Positions 35,801 to 43,684 of a stretch of 64,000 bases of DNA are shown in pieces; position 1 is the first letter of the stretch, and every line of letters starts with the position of its first letter. The DNA lies in IMG/VR virus record IMGVR_UViG_3300025666_000003, positions 36,108-100,107 of that record. One strand, given 5' to 3'. The notes beneath the pieces were generated by a model that worked only from the letters and a program-made list of their open reading frames with translations, did not search any database and was not told where the DNA came from. This DNA is from a virus. Both the position numbers and the translations under genes were made by a program.

Positions 35801-38278
35801 ATTAAAATAGTCATCATATTCATTTGTGTATGTAGGTTCATCATTATTTGTAAATTCATCAACACCTGAACCACCAGTGACTCCAGAATCATCTGAGTAT
35901 TCTACTATTTCTGTAGAACCATCATTACTGTTAAGTGGACTTATAGTTCCTGGAGTAAGTAATCCAGAACCACCCGTTAAAAAACCACTTGTACCACTTG
36001 TACCACCTCCACCACCAATTGAATTTTGGGTATAGTCATCACCAAAGACTCTAGTAAAACTAGCTCCTGGAGCATTAATAGTTCTCTTACCTAAATTAGC
36101 TATGATAGCTTCAATAATACCACCCATAATAGCAGCCCACATTGCAACATCTTTTAAAAGCTTATCTTTAGGATGCTTACTAGGTTCTATAAACTGTTGA
36201 TCGCTTTCACCACTTATATTACCATATAGTTTTAATTCTGTAGTTCCTAAAAAAGGTTCTTTAAATTCAGTATCTGGTGAGTGAAATGTTATTATGTCTT
36301 CTGGAATATTTGCTTCAGTAATATCAATTGTATCATCATCATTGTCTACTGCTCTGATATATGGATCAACAGCACCATTGACACCTCCTGTTGGATTAAT
36401 AGTATTAAAAGGATGATTAGGGTATAATCCTGCTGTACCACCCCCTGTTACTCTGTAAGGTCTCATATTATTAAGCATACCTTTTGCTATAATAGTTTTG
36501 TTTCCATCACGAGCTCCTCTTAATATTTCATATCCTACTAAATTTGGTATATCATTACCATCATTATCTTTAGGATAAATTATATTTTCAAACAATACTC
36601 CTAGAATTCTAATTTTACTACCATCAGTTCCGTTATCTATAAAATGATTTACATCATCGTTTACACTTTGTTCTGGAAACTTATGATGTCTAATTTGCAA
36701 TCCACATAAATCCCATTGTTCACTTGCTTGACCATATACACCTGTCCAACACTGAGCACTTGAATTCCAAATTTCAGGTTTATTATCAGGATAAAATTCT
36801 GTTGACTGCCAGTATCCCATGTCACCTGTTCTTAACACTACACCACCATCTGGAAGTACTGTTCCATTTGGAGTACCTGATGTAGCTGTATTTATAGTTT
36901 CAAATAACAGTGTATCATCAGGAAGGCTATCGTCATCTGAGTATACAGAATTTTCAAACAAACCAGTATTTTGAAATAATCTTGGCCCTCTACCTGGAAT
37001 ATGATAAGATGAAGTTTTATCTCCTGTATTGTATACCCATCTAATAAAAAATGGATAATTTTCATCTCTTAAATAACTAGGCTTATGCCCACCTTTAGAA
37101 TAATATCTTGCAGGATATTCTACTGAAGCCCACTTAGCTTTAATTAAATTTGCTAATGGTTGATAATTAAAATCAAATTTAGATGTAGGACCTATTCTTA
37201 ATAAATAGTTATCTATCTCAACTATTTCATCTGATCTTTCAAAAATAGGATTTTGTAATGGAATAAGACTTAATTGTACAGGAATAAGATCTTCTTTTAT
37301 TTGATCAATATATATAGTTGTTGTACGAGTAGAATAGTATCCTATCTTTTTTGCAACAGCACCTTGATTTATATTTTGAATTATAACAAGTTCAAATTCA
37401 TCAAAATGTTCTGAATCAGCTTCTACATTAATCTTTAAGCCACCTCTTGCATTATCTTTATGCCAAATAGGCTGAACATTACTAGGTGAATAATAATCTG
37501 TAACTTTCTGATTTTTAATAGTATACGCAAGTACTACAAAATATGAACCATTAAATAAAGTACCACCTTGTGTACCAGATTCAATTGTTAAACAAGGTGT
37601 ATCAACTAACCTAGCTAATCTAATAGCATTGCAATCAAGCTCTTGTGTATCTACACATATCTTACAACCATTTACAATTGGACAATCTTCAATCCATTGT
37701 ACACCTGGCCATTGTATAGTATCACTTCCATTTGTATATTCATTATCACTTGCCCATACAAAATCATTTGAAGGCCATATTTGAGGATCCCCAATGTTTA
37801 AATACCTATCTGGATTATTACTATCTGCAAAATACACTGCCCATGAACAATCTTCCTTTTCTCTTGAAGCTCCTGTAATTAAATTATATCTATCAAAGTT
37901 TAAACAATTATCCTGAACAATAATTTTATAACTACATAAGTCTTCTTGAAATAAACCTATTTCATCTTTTTTACCTGTTTGACCGGGTCCTAAAATAGAA
38001 GTTGTAAAAATTACCCAGTTATCACTAAATAAATGTATTGCACCAATTATTTCTTTTTCAGAACCTACTAATGTTTCCCCTGCAGTAATACATAAATAAT
38101 TAGAAGATTCATTTGATAATGTACCTAAGTTACCTTCTGCTGTATTATTTACAGCATTACGAGCATGTGTCCATTCTCCTTCAGATACAAAAGATGGATC
38201 CGCATCTTTGTTTAACCCTTTAAAAAAAGTATTAGTATTTAGTTGACCTGTATTTTGTTTTCCTTGTTTTTTAGCCAT
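32888..38278 (-). CDS. Tail muzzle / stabilisation protein (P22 gp10-like), 1796 aa
   Basis: N-terminus NTFFKGLNKD...WTHARNAVN, beta-rich propeller-like composition, and C-terminal WTMSYDPKSKFWVSHHDWHP. Lies after the ring proteins as in crAss-like phages. Confidence 0.8.
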   Translation of the reverse strand: MAKKQGKQNTGQLNTNTFFKGLNKDADPSFVSEGEWTHARNAVNNTAEGNLGTLSNESSNYLCITAGETLVGSEKEIIGAIHLFSDNWVIFTTSILGPGQTGKKDEIGLFQEDLCSYKIIVQDNCLNFDRYNLITGASREKEDCSWAVYFADSNNPDRYLNIGDPQIWPSNDFVWASDNEYTNGSDTIQWPGVQWIEDCPIVNGCKICVDTQELDCNAIRLARLVDTPCLTIESGTQGGTLFNGSYFVVLAYTIKNQKVTDYYSPSNVQPIWHKDNARGGLKINVEADSEHFDEFELVIIQNINQGAVAKKIGYYSTRTTTIYIDQIKEDLIPVQLSLIPLQNPIFERSDEIVEIDNYLLRIGPTSKFDFNYQPLANLIKAKWASVEYPARYYSKGGHKPSYLRDENYPFFIRWVYNTGDKTSSYHIPGRGPRLFQNTGLFENSVYSDDDSLPDDTLLFETINTATSGTPNGTVLPDGGVVLRTGDMGYWQSTEFYPDNKPEIWNSSAQCWTGVYGQASEQWDLCGLQIRHHKFPEQSVNDDVNHFIDNGTDGSKIRILGVLFENIIYPKDNDGNDIPNLVGYEILRGARDGNKTIIAKGMLNNMRPYRVTGGGTAGLYPNHPFNTINPTGGVNGAVDPYIRAVDNDDDTIDITEANIPEDIITFHSPDTEFKEPFLGTTELKLYGNISGESDQQFIEPSKHPKDKLLKDVAMWAAIMGGIIEAIIANLGKRTINAPGASFTRVFGDDYTQNSIGGGGGTSGTSGFLTGGSGLLTPGTISPLNSNDGSTEIVEYSDDSGVTGGSGVDEFTNNDEPTYTNEYDDYFNNGEAVNEGLSSIFSFIPGVGTDGSLQDHYDKFNLDGGLRAGGTYTAPSYDTELSKHQYLKNSSLANVFGNDLAQMLYYFSEGADLVIRLIYSLVPYRQRALQLIAHGYYDTFNKVDLTKIRRFNIEDEFYLGQDLQEMSSYTPATFGFPVTYRINNLRRSETVVIRTSEGVSRVTGGPNFLTGPGADDSLVTIGTSDVSHVDFKKGKTKTFNKNIKSHYGGIKVRIGNQYGQLQAIKQIPITPCEQKFEYADIPITTLAPACSLPQFEQKIIQTTPILFEGDTYINRYTEKNSMFMFHDWLYDQPDGTEYNYLNRKMIPDPRFWMNSIRYEANAMWANLIDFINPFNTPPEGEGLFPHNYYNLDWENYNYSNDNSILGTIANLNNGIFGIKNAYFYLSTSAVRDFYVESDVIVDFREQGVEIFEKHYDPYGYTDLYRLFNMNPDVITRGNYNEYDYSLSISKLFTQYFSQGNLQTRFYDPQVAELCYTYYPDRILYSLPQELESVKDSWFMYLPNNYKEFKNQISSVKNFAKTGIFITFKNASPMVYQGVDTLQTDLGTKVTLGDGGLFNQAAQNVVAADEEYEYGSSQNGRSVISTPAGMFYISQNQGKIFSYASGLQEISSSGLKWWFNKFLPFQLLEDFPNYPHTDNPVAGIGCHSIYDNENSVLYFAKKDYKLKDPFKGRVVWNEELKQFIVDDVIRTNLKDANIFEDASWTMSYDPKSKFWVSHHDWHPNIMLASKGNFLTVKDNGVWKHNNLCNEYCNFYGTNYPFEVEIPIVTGQTITTMKSVEYLLECYRRNEYNCVDQFHVLDYNFDTAVIHNTEQVSGYLDLFIYPKNNVPLNLTYPIINGSSIDILFSKEEHKYRFNQFWDITRDRGEFPVGSSSPTTNPVIPGTTTQLGGKQQRHIWITESNGYIKALNEFNLNYTKEPLQRKKFRHYNNMLYLRKDISNGVNMVVKIVNTKNQISPR

Positions 38279-38287
38279 CTCGATATA

Positions 38288-39295
38288 TTATAATCTGTAA
38301 CTTCCATTTGGAGAATAGCTTTTAAACATATCATAGTATTTACTATACATGGCTTTTCTATTACTAGCCCATACTTTGTGCATCTCAGAAAAGTTAGGAG
38401 TGTTTACAATGCTCAATGCTCTGTTACGTGCTTCTCTTAATTTTACTTCTACTAACTGTAATCTTTGAACTACATCACTACCATTTAAATAAAGATTCTC
38501 TAATATGCGTTGTTTAATAGCATACTCATAATATTGATTTATTTCATCATGATCAGGTAACATTAAATTACCATCGCAGTCTTCTAATGCTCCTTGATAA
38601 TTAAGATATATTTTACCTGTTGTAAATGAAGTATGTAAAAAATTATTTTTTATCCAACCTTCATCAGGAGTATTAAAATATAAGTTAGGACATTCACATT
38701 CAATACCTTGACCTGTTTTCATTCTTAACGGATGTACTGTAGAATATACTCTAGTTTGTCCAGAGTTAACTATTTGTATTAATTCTTGAGCATCACCTTT
38801 ACAATTGAAAAATACACGTGGTTGCACGCATGTATTACCATATGGATTATTTGAATCATAACCTAATTCTTGAATTGTAGCTGCATTAGTTATGCAAGAT
38901 GCATTGTTATTACAAGGATTGCAATTACAAGAAGAACAATTTACAGTAGCTGGAGCACATTGATTAATAGTAGCTGGGACTTCTGCATAAGGAACTTCGT
39001 GAATATTAGTACCACCAACATCGTAACCCGTATGTACTTTATGTTCACCACAAATTAATCCAAAATTAAATACATAAAAATCATCTGGCAGTTTTGCTTT
39101 ACTATGATTAACTTCAAGAATAACTTCTTTAGTCATATTGATTCTTAAACCAAGATCATATGTAACACGTTTAGCAATTTTAATAAGTTGTTGTGGTTGT
39201 ATAACACCTTCTAATGCATATGATTGAAAATCAACATGAACTTCATCCATTAACTGATCAAAGGTTTTATATTTTAGTGTATAGTTAAAGTCCAT
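38288..39295 (-). CDS. Tail ring / tubular (adaptor) protein with a Cys-rich insertion
   Basis: Motifs AKLPDDF, GKIYLNYQG and LMLPD resemble P22 gp4/T7 gp11-like ring proteins. Directly upstream of the muzzle gene. Confidence 0.65.
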   Translation of the reverse strand: MDFNYTLKYKTFDQLMDEVHVDFQSYALEGVIQPQQLIKIAKRVTYDLGLRINMTKEVILEVNHSKAKLPDDFYVFNFGLICGEHKVHTGYDVGGTNIHEVPYAEVPATINQCAPATVNCSSCNCNPCNNNASCITNAATIQELGYDSNNPYGNTCVQPRVFFNCKGDAQELIQIVNSGQTRVYSTVHPLRMKTGQGIECECPNLYFNTPDEGWIKNNFLHTSFTTGKIYLNYQGALEDCDGNLMLPDHDEINQYYEYAIKQRILENLYLNGSDVVQRLQLVEVKLREARNRALSIVNTPNFSEMHKVWASNRKAMYSKYYDMFKSYSPNGSYRL

Positions 39296-39966
39296 TATCT
39301 TAATACATTTTGACTATCATCAGATCCATTAGTTGGAATCTGAATAGTAGTTGTAAGTTCCGTAATTACAAATTGTTCAATTTCAGAGAATAAATACTCT
39401 GGGATATTAAATTCAGCTTCTTGTCTTATTTGACATTCAGTTGATGTATCACATGAATATTCACTTACATCACCTTCAAATAAAGCATTAATTAAAACAG
39501 CATCCCAAATTACATCTGGAATATATAAGTATCCATTATCATACCAGTAATATTTTTTTTTATTATATTTAAAGTTAGTACTATTACTAAGTGAAACATA
39601 TATATTTGAAAATGTTTCAGTAAGTTCAGTAGTCCCATCAATTGAGTTTACATACCTTATAACAGGACCTCCACCTGCAGTTGCAATAGATGGTAGTTTA
39701 TCTTTTGTACGTTTAATTGTACATCCTGAATATATACCTGTACATCCAGCTTCTATTTTATCAACATCAATTAATTCAACAAAAGGTAACGTCTTAAATA
39801 TTGAACTAATGTTTGTTAATTTGTTTTTATTGTCTTCTCTTTTCATTAAAGAAGTACCGTACTTAAGAATAGAATAATAAATTGTTCTATCAGTTAAAAA
39901 AGGATCTTCTTTAACTGCTTTAAGTGTGTTTCTTACTCTAGAGATTGCTTCACCAATTGTTGTCAT
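39295..39966 (-). CDS. Tail ring protein (223 aa)
   Basis: Motifs YYWYDNGYLYI and EFNIPEYL. Located in the tail module. Confidence 0.55.
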   Translation of the reverse strand: MTTIGEAISRVRNTLKAVKEDPFLTDRTIYYSILKYGTSLMKREDNKNKLTNISSIFKTLPFVELIDVDKIEAGCTGIYSGCTIKRTKDKLPSIATAGGGPVIRYVNSIDGTTELTETFSNIYVSLSNSTNFKYNKKKYYWYDNGYLYIPDVIWDAVLINALFEGDVSEYSCDTSTECQIRQEAEFNIPEYLFSEIEQFVITELTTTIQIPTNGSDDSQNVLR

Positions 39967-40550
39967 ATGTCAAACTCATTATAGTTTTTCAGACCGGGGT
40001 CTTTTTTATTTTTCATTCTATGCTTGGTTGTCTCTTTATTAAAGATTTCCCGCATCTTTCTCATAGGATCAACTTGAATATACATTGTCCAATTCTCTGG
40101 ATAACTTTTAGACAAACTTCTTTTAAATGTTCTACATGCATTAAAAGCCCAACACTCTCTATTAATAAACTTATATTTACTTGCGTAACTTGTATAAAAA
40201 ATCTTAGCTAGTTTACCATCTGTTTCCCAATTTTTATTATTAACTGTTATACCATATTTCTGAGACTTGCCAAAGTTTATATTATTCTTCTTACTAGCTT
40301 GACAAGTACCTACAAAGACATATCCTAAGCCTTCTGGTAATTCTACACCGTCTCTAACATCAATTACATTTTCCCAAAATAGAATATTAAAAGCTTTTCC
40401 TATTTTTCTTAAATCTTTATCACTAACATCTTTATATCTTAAATGTTTTTTTCTAAAATCATTAAAGAGCTTAGGATTCATAACTTGATAAACATCTGGT
40501 CTGAATCTGGGTCCCTTTATGTTTGGTTTTTTAAATTCTTTGGTATTCAT
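39963..40550 (-). CDS. HU/IHF-like basic DNA-binding protein
   Basis: Helices followed by GVELPEGLGYVFV (HU-like beta arm entry). Very basic. crAss-like phages carry IHF-like genes at this position. Confidence 0.55.
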   Translation of the reverse strand: MNTKEFKKPNIKGPRFRPDVYQVMNPKLFNDFRKKHLRYKDVSDKDLRKIGKAFNILFWENVIDVRDGVELPEGLGYVFVGTCQASKKNNINFGKSQKYGITVNNKNWETDGKLAKIFYTSYASKYKFINRECWAFNACRTFKRSLSKSYPENWTMYIQVDPMRKMREIFNKETTKHRMKNKKDPGLKNYNEFDI

Positions 40551-40560
40551 ACTATATATT

Positions 40561-40575
40561 TAATATACTAAAATT
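40561..40575 (-). promoter_or_regulatory. Candidate phage promoter motif TTTAGTATATTA
   Basis: 10 nt upstream of the ATG at 40550, downstream of a terminator. Confidence 0.6.
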
Positions 40576-40608
40576 AACTGAATTTAGCAAGTTAACACAA
40601 ATATACAG

Positions 40609-40640
40609 AAAAACAAAACCCCTGAATAATTCCAAGGGTT
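40609..40640 (-). terminator. Rho-independent terminator
   Basis: Minus strand AACCCUUGGA-AUUA-UUCAGGGGUU (10-bp stem with 2 G-U pairs) followed by UUGUUUUU. Confidence 0.8.
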
Positions 40641-40685
40641 ATGCTTTTTGTTAGCCGCAGAAACCAACAAACTACGACATATTTT
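40609..40685 (-). ncRNA. Candidate small antisense RNA (hairpin plus terminator)
   Basis: GUCGUAG-UUUGUUGGUUU-CUGCGGC stem-loop at 40654-40678. The loop is complementary to the leaders at 50353-50363 and 53341-53351. Confidence 0.45.
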
Positions 40686-40691
40686 ATATTA

Positions 40692-41513
40692 CTAAAATAT
40701 TTTAGTAAGAGATAATATTTTTGATGTTACAAAATTTCCTGGATCTGCAACAACAAATCTAGCTCTTACAGCAAAAAGAGTACCTAAAAAGTTTGTTGTA
40801 TCAACTACTGAAGTTGTATTTAAGCCTGTTCCAATATTATCAAGGACACCACCGTATTGTACACTACCTGTTGCACCAATACTTCTTACAACAATTTCTG
40901 CTTCAAGTACAAAGTCGTTACCTCCTGTTGATGAGTGAGTTGCAAGAGTAATACCACCAAATTGAACCTGAATTTCAGTGTCCGTTGCAAAACCTACAGT
41001 ACGTTCTACGTGAACTTTCAGTCTAAAAGTATCACCAACACTTAATGAATTTGCTGGGATAGTCATTGATCCTACACCTGAACCTACAAAATTTGTAAAA
41101 CTGGTTGTGTTTGATACAACCGCATCTGCAATAGCTGTAAATAATCCTTGGGGTAGTATATTATCAATAGCAGTACAAAAATAAGCTACAATTAATACTA
41201 GTGCATCTTCAACTAAAGTATCTGCAGGTACAATTACATCAAGATTACATAAAATATCATTATCTACAGTTACTTCATCACATAAAAAAGATGTTATAGA
41301 TGCAAGTGCATCTGAAACACTAGAGTTTGTACTTACTACTTCAACAAGACCACAAGTGATTGGCAATCCTGTATATACAATACATTCTGCATTAAATGAT
41401 TCTGAACATGGTTGTACTTCAGGACAATCAGATGGTACTGGACATGGTGGAGGAGTAGTTAAATAACTATCTTGACATCCACATTTACTTAAATTACATT
41501 TATTACAACTCAT
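40692..41513 (-). CDS. Cys-rich fibre/spike-like structural protein (273 aa)
   Basis: Cys-rich N-terminus with CIVYTGLPITC and a beta-rich C-terminal domain. In the tail cluster. Confidence 0.5.
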   Translation of the reverse strand: MSCNKCNLSKCGCQDSYLTTPPPCPVPSDCPEVQPCSESFNAECIVYTGLPITCGLVEVVSTNSSVSDALASITSFLCDEVTVDNDILCNLDVIVPADTLVEDALVLIVAYFCTAIDNILPQGLFTAIADAVVSNTTSFTNFVGSGVGSMTIPANSLSVGDTFRLKVHVERTVGFATDTEIQVQFGGITLATHSSTGGNDFVLEAEIVVRSIGATGSVQYGGVLDNIGTGLNTTSVVDTTNFLGTLFAVRARFVVADPGNFVTSKILSLTKIF

Positions 41514-41536
41514 GTTTTTATTTTTATTAATCTTTA

Positions 41537-42019
41537 TTACGCTACTGTTATTCTATATGATCCAGTAATGCTAAAGATACCTTCAATATTTCCTGTTATG
41601 TTATTATATCTTAACCCTGAACAAAGACCGTTAGCAATTGCATCTTCATATTCCACATCTGGTGGAGCAATATTTTGAGCTTGTCCTACCATAATTAAAA
41701 ATCTTCCTGCTACCCAATCAGCAATTGTTTTACCAGGAACCATTATTGCTAATTGTGCAGGTGTTACTAAAAGAACCCAAACACCTGTAGCATTTACGTT
41801 AGAAGTACGTGTGCCAAAAGCTAAAGCTCCTCCTCCTGCAGGACCTTGTGGACCTTCCGGACCAGTAGCTCCATCATTTCCATCAGCTCCATCAGCACCA
41901 TCAGGACCTTGGATACCTTGGATACCTTGGGTACCCGGATCTCCTTGAGAACCTGGTAAGCCTCTGTCACCTTTCTCTGGTGTACACGAACAGTCACATT
42001 TACAATTTCCACAACTCAT
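41537..42019 (-). CDS. Collagen-like fibre protein (160 aa)
   Basis: 15 consecutive G-X-Y triplets (about 41837-41971) after MSCGNCKCDCSC. Confidence 0.8.
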   Translation of the reverse strand: MSCGNCKCDCSCTPEKGDRGLPGSQGDPGTQGIQGIQGPDGADGADGNDGATGPEGPQGPAGGGALAFGTRTSNVNATGVWVLLVTPAQLAIMVPGKTIADWVAGRFLIMVGQAQNIAPPDVEYEDAIANGLCSGLRYNNITGNIEGIFSITGSYRITVA

Positions 42020-42030
42020 ATTAATCTGTA

Positions 42031-43629
42031 TTAATCTATGTATGCTACTAAACCATCTAAAGTAAATGCAAAACCTCCTATATCTGTTTCTTCTCCAGCA
42101 TCACATGTCAAAGGCCACGTAGTATTTCTAGTACCTGACGTTAATGGAAAATCTGCATTTAAAGGTGCATTTTGTATATCTGTATTTACATCAATATAAT
42201 TAGGAACATACTCACCAAGTCTAATATTAGTAGTTACCATTCTTAATGGAGAACTTCCTAGCCATCCAGCACCTCTTGTTGGTGTAATTTCTAAATCTTT
42301 TAATGTAGCGAAATATAATTTTTTGTCTACAGTAATACCAACATTACCGGGAGCTACTAAACTTGTTCCATATGTAGCATCTAAATCAAGACCTCTTGTA
42401 GATATTGTATGTGAGCCTACATAAGGCCCATCTAAATTAGTAGCTGCAGGTAAAACACTTGCTGGAATTATACTTAAATTATTATTAAAAAATACACCTC
42501 CGTTAGAACTTAACGTAACTCCTCCACTTGCACCTGTATAAGGTGCTACATATAATTCACTATTGTATGATGTATTTGCAAGAAATGGAATTAACGTAGT
42601 TCCTCCATCATTACTTAATGGAATAAAAACATTTCCTCTAAAATTTAATACTTTTCCTATTCTACGTACCTGAGGTTTAGTTATAGATAAAGGATAGAAT
42701 TGAAAACCTTCTAAATCTACCCAACCTGTATCAACTAACTCAGCTTTAATATTATAGTTACCGAGACTATTTATTAATGTTAAATCTATAGTTTCACTGT
42801 CAGTTACAGAAACTGTAGTCGCAACAGCATTTCGCATATCACATAATGTTATCCATACGTTATTTATAGATTGTGATAATGTTGTAGCACTTGCTATCCA
42901 AGTCCCTGCATATTCAACTGACATTGAATTAGCTGGATTAACCTTAGAAGGACTGGCTGATAAACCAAGACATTCTGCAGCAATAGCTGTTGCAATATCA
43001 GCTATTGTACCTACGTTACTTATATAATTACAATATGCAATTTCCAATGCACTCAATACTTGATCAATTGGCGTTGGTACACCTGGTAACACACAAGCTG
43101 GGGTAATAGATGGTAATGTAAATGTAGGCGCTGGTGCTACTTCTAATGAAACTATTCTTACTTCATGGTTTGCTATACCTGCTTTATTTAAACTAATTTC
43201 AGTAATATTCTCTGCAATTTTAGTTCCCATTGCTAAAGAGTAATCTGTAAGATCCATTGTAGTTTCACCATCTTCTTGAAATGGTTCAGCTACTGTTATT
43301 ATACAACCTGATGGGCATTCGCCATCACCTAATCCAACATGTGTATGTGGATCTAGATTTTCTAATTTACAAATCTTTTCAGTTAAAAATTGAATAAATG
43401 CTTTAAAATCATCAGGTTTAGATTGATTAATATTAAAACATGACAAATCATAACTATTAATATCAAGAATAGTTAATACACAACATAGTTCTTCAGCTAA
43501 TTTAGCTACTACATCTGATACTGTGTCACCTCTACATAAATTAATACATGGGATGTCGGGCCCTTGCCATATCACACAATTAGAGGATATTGGACTGCAG
43601 GGTTTGTTATCTAAGTTTAAAGGCTTCAT
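42031..43629 (-). CDS. Tail fibre-like protein (532 aa)
   Basis: Cys-rich N-terminus and a short coiled coil (NHEVRIVSLE). DTGWVDL...PQVRRIGKVLNFRG is typical of fibre C-terminal domains. Confidence 0.6.
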   Translation of the reverse strand: MKPLNLDNKPCSPISSNCVIWQGPDIPCINLCRGDTVSDVVAKLAEELCCVLTILDINSYDLSCFNINQSKPDDFKAFIQFLTEKICKLENLDPHTHVGLGDGECPSGCIITVAEPFQEDGETTMDLTDYSLAMGTKIAENITEISLNKAGIANHEVRIVSLEVAPAPTFTLPSITPACVLPGVPTPIDQVLSALEIAYCNYISNVGTIADIATAIAAECLGLSASPSKVNPANSMSVEYAGTWIASATTLSQSINNVWITLCDMRNAVATTVSVTDSETIDLTLINSLGNYNIKAELVDTGWVDLEGFQFYPLSITKPQVRRIGKVLNFRGNVFIPLSNDGGTTLIPFLANTSYNSELYVAPYTGASGGVTLSSNGGVFFNNNLSIIPASVLPAATNLDGPYVGSHTISTRGLDLDATYGTSLVAPGNVGITVDKKLYFATLKDLEITPTRGAGWLGSSPLRMVTTNIRLGEYVPNYIDVNTDIQNAPLNADFPLTSGTRNTTWPLTCDAGEETDIGGFAFTLDGLVAYID

Positions 43630-43633
43630 ATTA

Positions 43634-43648
43634 TAATATACTAAATTT
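43634..43648 (-). promoter_or_regulatory. Candidate phage promoter motif TTTAGTATATTA
   Basis: Exact 12-mer in three intergenic gaps: 25973-25984, 40561-40572 and 43634-43645. Confidence 0.6.
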
Positions 43649-43684
43649 AATCTATTTTATACTAAAATTTATCTACTTTTTCAA

